Below, piece by piece: positions 47,903 through 60,195 of a stretch of 64,000 nucleotides of DNA. Every line of letters starts with the position of its first letter. Position 1 is the first letter of the stretch. Location: positions 9,300,001 to 9,364,000 of the forward strand of contig CATNEN010000003.1 of NCBI GenBank assembly GCA_950097015.1, given 5' to 3'. The notes beneath the pieces were generated by a model. The model had not been told where the DNA came from. It ran no database searches and saw only the letters and a program-made list of their open reading frames with translations. The DNA is from Macrostomum hystrix (Eukaryota; Animalia; Platyhelminthes). Position numbers and translations under genes: made by a program.

Positions 47903-50900
47903 ATGACGGTCGCTGCGCAAAAACGGAGCCAGCAGCAACAGCAGCAGCAGCAGTTTCAGCTGTCGCCACTTAATCAGCTGATAGCAACAGCCGCAGCGCC
48001 TGTAAGTATCCCATATTGATTCGTTCTTTATTCCCAATGTGGGAGAATAGGGGAGGATCCCGAATTCCCAGACACGTCCGTGGGGGGGGGGCGTGGATTG
48101 CACTGGAATCGGACTGTCAGCCAACTGACGAGATGCAGACAGCTGCTTTTCTACTGGCGCAATAAAAATTTGCTCCCAGACCCCTGAGACTTATTCGGCT
48201 CTCGTTATCAGCAGCGAAGCATCTATGGCTGCCATGGGAGGTCTTTGTTCTACATGTCGATAGCAAAGCAGCACCCACCTAAAAATTTTCGTCATGTATA
48301 GATCCCACTTGAACCCCGCAACAAATATCCCATATTCGGGACTCTTTTCCTCCCCAAAAGGAATGACAGTTGCGCCTGTCTCTCGTCCAAAGCCTGTCCC
48401 ATCCTCTCGTTATCCCATATCTTTACGACTAACAAAGACTAAGAAAGACCAGCTTAGTTCGTAGAATTTAGTATTTAAACCGCTTTTAACTAAATTCCAA
48501 GATTCCTTCTATGTTTCAAGTTTTTTGTCGACTTTATATTATAGCAATGGGTGGACATTTGGCAAAAACTTTTAGCACATTTTTAGCTTTTTAACTATTA
48601 AGTGGGCCTGAGTCTGCTCTACTCAGCAATTTAGTCCGTGTTTCGAGTACTGTACTCAGCTATAAATAGAATTCAATTAAAATCAAGAATGTATATTTGC
48701 CTTCCCTATATATAAGCTTGTCAATTGCTGTGTTGATATATTGAAGCAAGTTTGACATAATGAATGAAGTCAAAACAACCCCTCTTAACTTTTACAAGCA
48801 CCTTTAATTAGTTGGACAGCCATTGTGAGCCGTTTAGCCGTGGGAATAAACTTATTCAACTTTTCTCATAACTGAGGCAAAATATGTTCGTCTCAAAGTT
48901 TATTTCTTCAACTGCGTGGTGCTTAAAACCGGCTGTATAGGAAAATGCGAGTTATTCCCAGACTAATTTTTACCTGGGATTTATAGCGGGTTCGAGATCC
49001 TATGATTCATCCCTGTCAAGTGAGTCAAGATCCCAGAATTATCCCTGCTTATTGGGTCAAGATCCCAGAATCATCCACGCTTAGTGGGTCAAGATCCCAG
49101 AATCATCCACGCTTAGTGGGTCAAGATCCCAGAATCATCCACGCTTAGTGGGTCAAGATCCCAGAATCATCCACGCTTAGTGGGTCAAGATCCCAAAATT
49201 ATCCCGCTTAGTTGGTCAAGATCCCAAAATTATCCCCGCTTATCGCAGAAATATCCTAAGTAAAATAAACTACTAGAATTCCGCCTCAAATCTACTCAAT
49301 CTTTGCCCATTAACTCCACCACAGCCTTCGAGTCAAGCCGCTCACGAGCTGACTGTGCTGGCTTACTGTCATCGGCTAGTCAGCGCGCTCGACCCGTTCG
49401 CAGAGCCCGACACGCCAGATCACCAACTGGCGGACTGGGCGCGCCAGTTTCAGCGCCAGTATCCGGCTAAATTTAGCGAACTAACCAGACTCCATCTGGC
49501 CTTCCTAGTTGAGCTGCCGCATTTCGAGTCGCCGAGTTCCCCGGCAGCAGCCACCGCAGCCGCCACCGCAGCAGCCTCGCCAGTAGCCGACGACGGAATT
49601 AGCCGTCGAGGCGTCGTCCTGCGCAGTCGACGACTGCACCTGCCACGACTCATCATTGGTCCGATTAGGCAGAGTGAGTTCAGGGAAGGGAGTCGGGGGG
49701 TTCAACGGATTTGCCATAGACACTGTAGCTTTGGGGGGTCAATGGATTACCCATAGACATTTTAGATTCGGGAGGGTCAATGGATTACCCATAGACATTT
49801 TAGATTCGGGAGGATCAATGGATTACCCATAGACATTTTAGATTCGGGAGGGTCAATGGATTACCCATAGACATATTAGATTCGGGAGGGTCAATGGATT
49901 ACCCATAGACAATGTAGATTCGGGGGAGAGTCAACGGATTAGCCATAGACACTGTAGATTCGGGGGTCTAAGGATTACCCATAGATACTTTGGATTCGAA
50001 TGTGTCAAAGGCTATTTTATTTTCCCCTATTTTATTTCTTAAGTCAACTGACCATAGCACATTTAATCCAATGAGTTTTGTATACTTCATTTCTCCATAG
50101 CAACTTGGAGAAATGAAAGAAGAGAACGCCAAGGTTAACATGATCTCAAAATGACACGCTACTAACGGACTCGCGGCCTAATGAGTTGTAAATCGAAGCT
50201 TAAAAAATCAAGATGAAAAAAAAGATTTTTTTAATCTCAATGGAATGGTTCACATTAGTTTATACTTTTTTAATTTTAGAGATCCCTCTAAAATTAGTTT
50301 TTTAATTACCATAGGATAATTTAAAATTAATGGTTAGTGTCCTTGTCACCATCGTATATTTAGATGCAGTTTCTGTGAGAATGGGACGATGTTATTAAAT
50401 GTTCTCAAGTGTGAATTGAAGTATCCTCAATCTGAGAAGTTTACTACATGGGAACAGAACAAATTACTTTTTTTGGAGGGAAATGAATGTTAATTTCTAT
50501 TCGATCGCTCCGTTGCGTCACCCAGGTGTTAAAGGGGAAGTGATTTTCGACTAGTGTCGAGAACCGCGGACTCTCTCTGGCCAACTATGGCCAACTATGG
50601 GGTTGGATTTGGGGCAATTAGAGATATCTGTATTAATTTTTTCTCCACTTATTAGACTTCAAGTGTAGTGGGCAGTTTTGGCGTCAAATATTAAAATTGG
50701 GAGCTTCGATTGGAACTAGAGGTCGAGAGTTCGAATCTGTGAAGCGAGTCAAGAACGTGTTAAAACTGTGTTAAAAACGACTCATACTCATGTATAAATT
50801 CATTTTTTGTCATCCATTCGCAGCTGTCTCAGCCGGGCGCACAAAATTGACCTCAGCAGCAGCGAATTCGTCGACAAGCACGTCGTCCTCCGTGTCAAAG

Positions 50901-53900
50901 TCTGATAGGCAGCGCCGGCTATTGCTGAAGCTGATCGACTACCTGTTGGAGTCGGATCGTGAGTTGATTGTGCCTATTTTAGATTGTAATTGTAGAGCTT
51001 ACCAGTGTTATACCCGACAATGATTAATGCCTAGTGCGTGATCGGACAGCAGCATTGTACACTAGCTAGACATTTTGAAGCGACGAAGCGAAACGAAGAC
51101 TTCAGGGCAGAATAAAAAAAATAAAAATAATAGCTGGAGCTTTTCTTCTGTACAAAGACTGGTGTCTTTGTTAATTCACTCTACACCCTGGGGGGCAAAT
51201 TGTTAAGCTGGGCAGAATTTTTTATTGTTAAACAGGGAAAGTGGCTTGACTTTGGCCTTTGTCTCATTCAATTCTTAGCACCGTTGGCAATTTGAACGTT
51301 TTTTTTAATGCTTCACCACCAGTAATGGATTTTTAGGCAAATGAAAGTGTGTGCAACACCTGAGGTTTTGTGACTTTTCAGGTGGGTCTGTCCTACCCAC
51401 CCGGATGCATGTGGGGTAGGTACTGCAGGTGGCCATCCATTTGTTAGTAGGCCCAGGTGTTTTCTTAGAATGTGGCCCGGGTTTTTTTTATCCCAAAAAT
51501 CTAGCGCGCAGGTAGGTAGAATGCGACTTATAAAAAAAAGAGAAAACTTGGTGACGTCATCGACTGGGGTTGCATCACACCTCGCTTGTCAGGCAAAAAT
51601 AATTAAAACTGTGGAGTTAACAAAGTGGCTAACCAAATTCTTAACCTTCGTGTAAGCTGTTATTTTCGTTGTCAGCATTCAGTTGAGAACTAACAGACGC
51701 GTTAGAAAAGTCAAAATTCAAATTATAGCTATCATTCCGGGTGGATGTGTTTCATGTCTAAATAGTAGAAACTAAACGCAATTTTCCCCTTCGGGAGAGA
51801 CCACAGGTGTATTGCCTACTTGCCGATGGCTAGATCCTCTTTCCCCAAATGACCAGCCTTGCAGCCATTTATGCCTGTTTTTTTTGCCAAATCGCAGGCT
51901 ACAAAACTGAGGGCGTATTTCGCAAAACTGGAAGCTGCGGCCGTCAGAAGGAGCTGTCCCAGTTGCTGGCCAAGATCCCGGCGGAGCAGTGCTCAACTTC
52001 TCAAAAGCTCCAGCTGGACACATTCACGGTGCACGATGTTGCCAGCGTGATGAAGCACCTGTTGAGGAGTCTGGACGAGCCGCTAATTGCCGAGGCCAAA
52101 CAACTCGAGATCCTGGTGGCCATATCAGGTGAGATTTCCTCAGAAACTACTTACAAAGCCTATATATGCTACTGCCAGTAGGACCAACAAAATGAAAAAA
52201 AAATTTCTCAAACCTTTCCCAGACCTGTCGGAGCCACGTCTGGACGACAATGGCGAGCCGGTTCGTCGCTCCGAGATCGATCATCGCCTTCTTGCGGCTC
52301 GCCAGCTTCGAGCAGTTCGCCTGTTGATGCAGCTGCTGCCGGAGACCTCCGTGTCGCTGCTGACGTCGGTACTGTCTTTTCTGCGCACAGTGGCAGCCGC
52401 CGACGGTGTCACCAAGATGACAGCAGCTAGTCTCGGCACCGTCTTCGGACCCGTGCTGTTCTGCTGCGGCAAGTCGGTGAGTCCCAATTAATCCCAAACT
52501 GGGATCTGGGAACTTTTCCCGCTTCTCTCTCTCTTAGTCATCGCTTAATCATAATTTTTCCTCCATTTTCTCTTTAACGCAGGTCGACGCGGTGAATTTG
52601 CAAAAGAAAATTGCTGGCATCAATCGACTGACCGCATTCCTGATTGAGAACTGCGACACCATCCGCTTGGTGAGTTTCAGTTAGGTCGGGAGTTCGAATT
52701 TCAGCCCCAGAGGACACACTATTAGAAATTTGGGTGTGTCTGAGTTCGGTGAACTCAATTTCTGTCTGCCTATTGACGATTGAGAATTTCTACAGCATTA
52801 TATCAAACGATTTCCCCTCTCTGTCCGTTCTCAGATTCCTCGTTCCTTCGCCGAAGATCTCAAGCGCAATCTGGACAAACTGCAGCCGCCGCAGCAGCAG
52901 TTCTCGTCGGTGTCAACGCCGACAACCGTCGCGTCGTCAGAGACAGCTTCGTCCACACCTTCGACACCTCTTGAAGTATCGTCAGCGTCAACAAGGCGAC
53001 ATCAACAACGCGGACGCCGAAGCAGCGACGATGGCGCCGTGGACGCAGCGGCCAGATTCTCCGAGCGGCGTCAGCCCAGCCAGCAGTCGTCGATGGCCTA
53101 CAGCCGGCAGCAGCTGGCTGCCCTCTGCGCCCACGTCAGCAGCCTGCCGGAGTCGCGCGAGAAGCGCCGATTTGAGAAGCGCCTCCTCGGCAGCCTGGTG
53201 AGCGGCGTCCAGATGGCGACGGATTCGTCGTCGGCAGTTGGTCAGCTGCGCTGTCCGCCGGTGGCCGTTGGTCGGCAGTTCGCTTCGTTCAGAGTGAGTT
53301 CTTCTAACTCAATGACTTCAATCCTTGAATGAGCCGTCAATCAATTCTTAGAAAATGATTGCCGTGACGCTTTATTTAAAAGTATATATTTCTCTCCCTT
53401 GGCTTTGCAGAGATCGCCTTTCCGTTTCGCGTCACCAGCAGGTCGAAGCGCCTCTATTTCGGTGAGTTGTCACCGCCTTTGTCTCTCGCGCCGATGTTCC
53501 TGAGCTCGATTCCGCGGCGAGGCCGCATTCATTTGGGGCGCAGCCGCGGAGAGGTTTGGCGGCTTGTCGTGAAATTTACTCGAGGGTCAACCACCAAGGC
53601 GCAGTGAGAGTACAGTATCTGAGAGCGTATGGTCAGGGGTCAGACGTCAGCAGATCATGCATTTTCTCCTGCCGGTTGCTGGTCTACTGTCTCATTAAAT
53701 GATGTGTCATTGCCCGCAACCCTCCTGTAAGTTATCATTATCAAGCGTACAACAATTCGCTATTTCCATTCAACTATTCAGCGCGAGCCTCGAACTCCGG
53801 TTAGCCGGTTCTTCAGTCGGGACAGACGCCTGATGCGCGCCTTGTCTAGTATCCGGGTGTACAAGTCCTGCCACAGGCATCAGCAACACCTGGTCATCAA

Positions 53901-54234
53901 TCATCATCATCATCAGCAGCAGCAGCCGCAGTATCAGGTGTCTCGATTAAACTTCGAAAAACTGGACGAAGAGCCAATGATTGACGAGCCAAAGCAGGCC
54001 TCCTCGAATGATGGCATGAAAAAGAGGCGCCGTTTGATGCTGGGCGCATCGACGCCAACAGCGGCTAGCAGCAGCCGGTCCCTGCCTCGCCTGCTCAGAG
54101 TGTCATCGCCAAGGCTGGACTTCTGCAATTCGGCCACCGAAGACGCGACTTTCTCGGCGTCGACCATCTTTGAGGATTGCAGCTGCAGTCTGCCATTGGC
54201 TCTGAAGAAGAGGTTCAAACAGACCGCCTTGTGA
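47903..54234 (+). CDS. ARHGAP19: Rho GTPase-activating protein, ARHGAP19/RhoGAP54D-like
   Basis: Exons 47903-48001, 49325-49673, 50824-50958, 51898-52128 (EGVFRKTG arginine finger; HDVASVMKHLLR), 52223-52476 (KMTAASLGTVFGPVL), 52583-52669, 52835-53293 (LAALCAHVSSLPESREKRR), 53411-53461, 53782-54234. All splice phases are compatible. Confidence 0.82.
49020..49240. repeat. Intronic minisatellite, 32-nt unit (gatcccagaatcatccacgcttagtgggtcaa)
   Basis: Tandem copies. Confidence 0.9.
49700..49995. repeat. Intronic minisatellite, 38-nt unit (caatggattacccatagacattttagattcgggagggt)
   Basis: Tandem copies just after the donor at 49674. Confidence 0.9.
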
Positions 54235-54494
54235 ACAACTTGATTTTCCAGACCATGCTGTTGAAGAGAAGCATTATAGTTTTCTTAGTAGATTTTACTT
54301 TTTTAATCGTCTTTCTGCTTCCGTTTTTTCATTGCCGTAGTCGACATATTGTTTATTAACAGTCGAGCAACAAGTCACAAGTCACGAAGCACAGAATCAA
54401 AGGTCTTAAGGTTGTAGCTTTAATGTACAGTTATCGGGTCAAGAGTACACTCTAAGTACACTCTAGGGAGGGGTGCAAGACGTCTAATCCCAAT

Positions 54495-55103
54495 CTATAG
54501 TCTATGGGAGGGTTAGAGTTAGAGGTCTGAATGTACAGTCTATGGCAGGGTTACAGTTTGAGGTCTGAATGTACAGTCTATGGTAGGGCTATAGTCAAGG
54601 ACCACTAGGAATTACATATATAAGTTGTCCTTGGTTAGAGTTTGAGGTCTGAAAGTACAGTCTATGGCAGGGTTACAGTTTGAGGTCTGAAAGTACAGTC
54701 TATGGCAGGGTTACAGTTTGAGGTCTGAAAGTACAGTCTATGGCAGGGTTACAGTTTGAGGTCTGAAAGTACAGTCTATGGCAGGGTTACAGTTTGAGGT
54801 CTGAATGTACAGTCTATGGCAGGGTTAGAGTTTGAGGTCTGAAAGTACAGTCTATGGCAGGGTTACAGTTTGAGGTCTGAAAGTACAGTCTATGGCAGGG
54901 TTACAGTTTGAGGTCTGAAAGTACAGTCTATGGCAGGGTTACAGTTTGAGGTCTGAAAGTACAGTCTATGGCAGGGTTACAGTTTGAGGTCTGAATGTAC
55001 AGTCTATGGCAGGGTTACAGTTTGAGGTCTGAATGTACAGTCTATGGCAGGGTTAGAGTTTGAGGTCTGAATGTACAGTCTATGGCAGGGTTAGAGTTTG
55101 AGG
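54495..55103. repeat. Minisatellite, 38-nt unit (gtctatggcagggttacagtttgaggtctgaaagtaca)
   Basis: Tandem copies between the convergent RhoGAP and TTLL genes. Confidence 0.93.
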
Positions 55104-55896
55104 CCCCCGATGGGCAAGATATACGCACAATCGTAAACGAAAATTCTGTAAAGTGGTAACAGAATATTGTATGAATTCATTATCCAGATGTCTGTTGTGC
55201 TTCCTTTGTTCTTCCATCGCATGCTTGTATTTAACTGTTGAATTTCTCTACATGTGCACAAATAAATAAAATCGCTCACTTTTTGATCATTTAGCAACGC
55301 ACGAGTTTCTTGTTGCACTACTAATTAAGTAGTAAACTTCGTTGTTAATTTCTTTTCATTAAAGTCTACGAGTAAAAACAAATAATCTAGAAAAACTCGT
55401 AATTATAAAATCTTATTTAAAAAATAATATAAATTTAATCAGTCATTCGCGATAAAAACTTTCGAATCGCAACGAAAACGTATACAAATAATGCTTTTAG
55501 TTTCCATATAGAAATATGTTTGAATATTTGTTGATAGAGGATATATAATTCACGTGTATTTCAATAAAAAATAAAGTGCGTGTGTAAAGGACTGATAGGA
55601 TAAATATAAGCACATAAGAACAAAGAGACAGTAACTGCAGTTAAAAAATCGACAATATTTGCAAGAAATCTGTTACAAAAAGACTAGATCAGAACAAAAA
55701 TATACCTGATAGTCTTACGGAGAAGTCGAAAATGAAATTAGGTAAACAAAATCGGTTATCAAAAAGGACCGTTAGCAAAAATTTTACGCACGCAATTTCA
55801 AGCTCAAAACAAGACTTCAAAGATGTAACCATCGACCTTAAATGATCTTTAACTCATGCGCTTATGTTAACATCTGTTCTTGAGTACACTTAAGCA

Positions 55897-58800
55897 CTAG
55901 GCAACCAGAGCTGCATCTGCTCCATTCGCAGGCGCATTGGCGTTCAACCGTTTCAGAGCCTCCCTCTGAGGCCGGGCCACCTCCGAGTACAGGTAGACAG
56001 TCAGCAGGCAGTCCTGGCACAGCTGCACAGTCCGACGGCAGCACTGAAGCTCCGTCTCAGTCGGCTGCTGGCGTCCGATGACGCCCTCCCAGCCGGCCGT
56101 TCGACCGCTAAACGTCTCCCAGAGGCCGTGTCCGTTGCACCACAGCAGCCGGTTGAATAGTCGATCAAGTAGACGCGACAGTCGATTAGCCTCCGGCCTC
56201 TCGCCAGCGCCGCCGATGTTGCGAAACGCCTTCTCGAGAGCGACGCGAACGCAACGCTTGACAATGTCCAGAATTTTGGCTCGCTTCTCGGAGTCCAGAC
56301 TGAGACGCCAGTAGCTGCCCACCAGCGGCTTATTGATCTGCCAGCTGGAGCAGAGAGCGCTAAGAAGGCGGTCGGCTTCTCGATCAGACTTTCCAGGAAA
56401 TCGGATCCGTAGCTCGTTGAGGCACTTCAAGGCCAGGAGAGAGCGCGCCTCGTCAGCTGCATCGGCCGCTGAAATCACCGCAGACTTGCCTGTTGGCGAG
56501 CTGTTGCCTGTCTCGGTACCATTCTTGCCGCTGTCCGTCTTTAAGTCTGTCGGCTTCTGGTTCTTTTCAGACTGTACCTTCTTTCGACGACCAGCAGCGT
56601 CGTCTTCAGAGTCGCTGGTGTCGCTGACTCGCTGACTACCAACTGTAGACGCGAGCTGCTTATTGACCTCCTCGAGGCTGAGCTTGTTCGAGTAAAACGC
56701 TTCCAGTTCTTTCAACAGCCTGTTGGAGCCAGTGTCAAGGGCAATGGGAAAGGCGGCCAGCAGACTGGCTGTCAGTTTGGCCTGCCGCTCTCCGTCGTCA
56801 ACTGGAAAGATTAGACGAAAGCCTTGACAGACGCGCGCTTCGACATCCTTGCAGGAAGCTTGTTGACGTAGCCGAGCCTGCAGTCGAGCGAGCTCGGCTA
56901 TGGCAGCGTCTTTCGAAGCGAGCGACGCCGCCTCAGCACGCTTCCGATCAGACGGGCGGCAGTTGAGCAGCATGAGGGTCTCCTCTAGCAGGCCGAGTTT
57001 TATCTCGCGCTCCACCGGATGGTCGACATCCAGGCTGGGTGAACGGTTGACCTCCATGAGCCAGGGGCACAAATTTTGGTCTAGAAGGACGTCGAAACCG
57101 AGCAGCTCGAAGCAGACAGAAGCGCTACCCGGCTGGTCCGAGGGGCGGCACCGTCGGTAGGACTTCAGAACGTGCGGATAGGCCAAGAACACAGTCTTGA
57201 GCACCAGGTCCAGTATGTTGTGCCACATTCGGGCCACATCATAGTTCCGTTTAGCCAGGTACTCGTTGAGAAAGCGTAGAGGTCGGATGCTGTCTGCTGC
57301 GATGCGACCACCGCGACGGTTAGTCCGGCGTTCTCGATCGTCTTCAGCGGCAGCGGCTGCCGCCTGCAGCTGCAGCTGCGGGCTGGTGAGGTGCATCAGC
57401 AGGCTGGTTGACTTGGTTTTCAACGGCTCAACGTAGGGCTCGCAGCTCATGCGCATGAAGCCTTCATTGTAGAAATACACGCGCAACGGGTCACACGAGG
57501 TTACTAGCACAAATAGCCGAAGGTCAAACTTCATGCCATCGATGAGAAACGGGTTGGACACGTACTCCTGCACAATGGACGGCGCCTCAGCCGTCTGTGG
57601 CACATCTTCGACTGTCTTGTGAAGCGCTATCCCGTGCCCCATGGCTCCGTCGATGGGCTTAGAGATAAAAGATCGCTGCTTCTCCGCCTTCAGCAGCTCC
57701 TTGCAGCGTTGCTGCAGCGAGGCCAGGTCGGCTGGAAGAATCCAGGTACGCGGCGCGAAATTGTACTCCTGGGGCAATGTGCCGGCAGCCTTCGCCAGAT
57801 TCTTAGCCAGCAGATCCTTCCTTGTAATCTCAGCCATTCCAGGAAAGTGGTTCACCCGTTGGTGCGGTCGCAGATCACTCAGTCTTTCGGTGGAGATAAA
57901 GTTGTCAATCCAAATTAGAAACGGGGTTCTGAAGTCGTCATCGGCCGACGGTAGGAAGCCAACCTTCTTCGCAGCGTAGTGCACAGACTCGTAGCGTGTG
58001 CCACTCAGATTGACCGGCAGGGGCTGCTTCAGGCGCACGAGACGCCGTCTCTGCTCGGGTGGCTGATCAGCCTCGTCCAGGTCGCGACGCCGCCGGCTGG
58101 ACAACTCGTCACCTCGACGCTCAAAGTTACTACTCCGACCACGATCCAACCGGTCATCGTCGAGTTCTTTTCGAATGCCGGAACGCATTGATGACAAACC
58201 GTCTGAGCGCCTCAAGAAATCGCCGTAATCGCCTGCACGTGAATTTGATGAGCCAATTCGGTCGTCGTCGTAATCAACTTTTCGACGCAGCGGTTGGTCG
58301 TCATCCCGCAGCGACGACCTTGGCGATTGGCGAGACTTGCTGAGCTCGCCAGATCTCTTGTCCATGTCCCGCGACCCGCGTCCAACTGGAATGTCATCGA
58401 ATGTCGATTTCTTCGAAGACTCCAGATCTCGGGATGTTTTCGCCCGGTCCTTACCATCAAGTGGCGACTTACGACCCAGCGGCTTGTCGTCCACCGCCGG
58501 CTGCCTTGGCGATCGACCTCGGTCGCCAAGTCTTGATCGGTCGTAATCGTCGACTGGCGTTTTTTTACCAACCGGGATGTCGTCGAACTGAGAAACCGTT
58601 CTACCGCGATCCAGATTCCGTCGATCGTCATGTAGAGCACCCTTTCGACCCAATGGAAGTTCATCGCGAGCAGATAACTTCCCAGATTTACCACCGGCTG
58701 CTCTACGATCGCGATCGTCGAGGACAGCTTGGCGACCAACTGGAACTTCGTCAAAGTTGTTTTTAATGCTGCTCAATGTGGAGCGAGGCGATCGACCAAC

Positions 58801-59466
58801 GGGCTGCTCATCGTACGGATCGGCCCGGCCTTTAGATGAACTGGTGCGCCCAACCGGTACATCGTCGAATGTATTCTTGCTGTAGGAAAGTGCGCGATCA
58901 TCAGGAATATCGTTAGGAAAGGTACGACGTTCAGCTATGCCTGAGCGCCCATCGGAAAGTTTCTTTTTACTGGAAAGACCTGGGCGACCTGCAGGGATGT
59001 CATCATAGGGACTTGGGCGAGTCGAAGTACTACTGCGACCAACTGGTGCCTCGTCGAAAGGTTTAGAAAGCATCGAAGATCCAGAGCGACCTATCGGAAC
59101 ATCGTCGTGTGAGTTATATCGAACTGAAGATCCAGAACGACCCACAGGTGTCTCGTCTAAGTGCTTAGAACGAGCAGAAGAGCCAGAACGACCTACTGGA
59201 ACTTCGTCCAACGGATTTGGACGACCCGAGATGCTGGAGCGACCTACGGGCACATCGTCGTGCGGATTGATGCGACCAGATGCGCCAGAACGACCCACAG
59301 GTGTTTCGTCGAGGTCTTTGTATCTAGGCGAAGCGCCCAATGCTTTGCGACCACCGACCGGGACATCATCGTGGGAATTTCCCGCTCCGTTGCTGCTGAA
59401 ACGCGACGCGTTCGGAGTCCCAGATCCGACCGAGGAGCCTCGCATCATCTGGCTGAGCGCGTTCAT
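55897..59466 (-). CDS. TTLL7: Tubulin polyglutamylase TTLL7-like, intronless CDS, with a long repetitive N-terminal extension
   Basis: TTL domain (QRVNHFPGM.EITRKDLLA, IVQEYV.NPFLIDG.KFDLR, CFELLGFDVLLD, PWLMEVNRSPS) plus a TTLL7-type C-terminus (SYW..LDS.K..KILDIVK, FNRLLW..G.GLW, QCC.R.V.LC..CLL.VY). Confidence 0.85.
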   Translation of the reverse strand: MNALSQMMRGSSVGSGTPNASRFSSNGAGNSHDDVPVGGRKALGASPRYKDLDETPVGRSGASGRINPHDDVPVGRSSISGRPNPLDEVPVGRSGSSARSKHLDETPVGRSGSSVRYNSHDDVPIGRSGSSMLSKPFDEAPVGRSSTSTRPSPYDDIPAGRPGLSSKKKLSDGRSGIAERRTFPNDIPDDRALSYSKNTFDDVPVGRTSSSKGRADPYDEQPVGRSPRSTLSSIKNNFDEVPVGRQAVLDDRDRRAAGGKSGKLSARDELPLGRKGALHDDRRNLDRGRTVSQFDDIPVGKKTPVDDYDRSRLGDRGRSPRQPAVDDKPLGRKSPLDGKDRAKTSRDLESSKKSTFDDIPVGRGSRDMDKRSGELSKSRQSPRSSLRDDDQPLRRKVDYDDDRIGSSNSRAGDYGDFLRRSDGLSSMRSGIRKELDDDRLDRGRSSNFERRGDELSSRRRRDLDEADQPPEQRRRLVRLKQPLPVNLSGTRYESVHYAAKKVGFLPSADDDFRTPFLIWIDNFISTERLSDLRPHQRVNHFPGMAEITRKDLLAKNLAKAAGTLPQEYNFAPRTWILPADLASLQQRCKELLKAEKQRSFISKPIDGAMGHGIALHKTVEDVPQTAEAPSIVQEYVSNPFLIDGMKFDLRLFVLVTSCDPLRVYFYNEGFMRMSCEPYVEPLKTKSTSLLMHLTSPQLQLQAAAAAAEDDRERRTNRRGGRIAADSIRPLRFLNEYLAKRNYDVARMWHNILDLVLKTVFLAYPHVLKSYRRCRPSDQPGSASVCFELLGFDVLLDQNLCPWLMEVNRSPSLDVDHPVEREIKLGLLEETLMLLNCRPSDRKRAEAASLASKDAAIAELARLQARLRQQASCKDVEARVCQGFRLIFPVDDGERQAKLTASLLAAFPIALDTGSNRLLKELEAFYSNKLSLEEVNKQLASTVGSQRVSDTSDSEDDAAGRRKKVQSEKNQKPTDLKTDSGKNGTETGNSSPTGKSAVISAADAADEARSLLALKCLNELRIRFPGKSDREADRLLSALCSSWQINKPLVGSYWRLSLDSEKRAKILDIVKRCVRVALEKAFRNIGGAGERPEANRLSRLLDRLFNRLLWCNGHGLWETFSGRTAGWEGVIGRQQPTETELQCCRRTVQLCQDCLLTVYLYSEVARPQREALKRLNANAPANGADAALVA

Positions 59467-59681
59467 GGCTGACAGACGGGTTCTAAGACTGAACTGAGTC
59501 TTTGAAAGCCTCTAATTAGTTCGTCTTTCACGCAGTCCTTAATATCTTCTTAAGAGAAAAATTCGGACTAATTAAGCGATAAGTTCCACTATAGCTGTGG
59601 CATGCTTCAATCTGTTTAATAGTGTGTTTCTCTCAGTCAAAAAACCCAACTGTACTCTTGTACCCTCTAGGCTCTCTTCCT

Positions 59682-59695
59682 GTTGCCTTGGCAAC
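59682..59695. promoter_or_regulatory. RFX X-box (GTTGCCttGGCAAC) upstream of the TTLL7-like gene
   Basis: Matches GTNRCC-N0-3-RGYAAC with perfect 6-bp arms; 216 bp upstream of the ATG; CCAAT nearby at about 59713. Confidence 0.65.
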
Positions 59696-60195
59696 TGAGC
59701 GAGCGCTGCTCAACCAATAAGCCCAAGCTGTGTTGTCAGCCCAGTCTTCCACTGACTGCAATTATCGCTGTACAATAGGAACTCATTCCCATTTCACCGA
59801 GAAAGCTTCTCAACCCGTTTGCTTTGGTCGCCAACTGTACTCACGAGGTAGTTAAGGGGAGGGACAGAGTCGCTTACAGCAAGTGCTCACAATTCACACT
59901 CTTTTTTTTCAAATTCCTCGTTGTATTTGAGAGTGCAGGAGCAAAAAAGAAAAATATGAATCTGGCTTTCTAACTTAGAAAGTTTTTGAAATCTGAAAAT
60001 AAATATTTTTGATCTTTTTAAGCTTAGCAATCGCAACAGCAGCTTTTATTCGTTTATTTAGAACAAAAAATGCAAGCCAAGTGCCAGTTTCAAAACGAAA
60101 GAAAAAATGCCATTCTCAGTTTTTAGCGATTTTAACAGATGATTAACGGATTAAACAAGTTAATCGTTGTTTTTATAAATAAACTGACCACCCAG

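Noticed and set aside
56001-59497. Many short overlapping/antisense ORFs
   Set aside because: Shadow frames of the GC-rich TTLL7 CDS.
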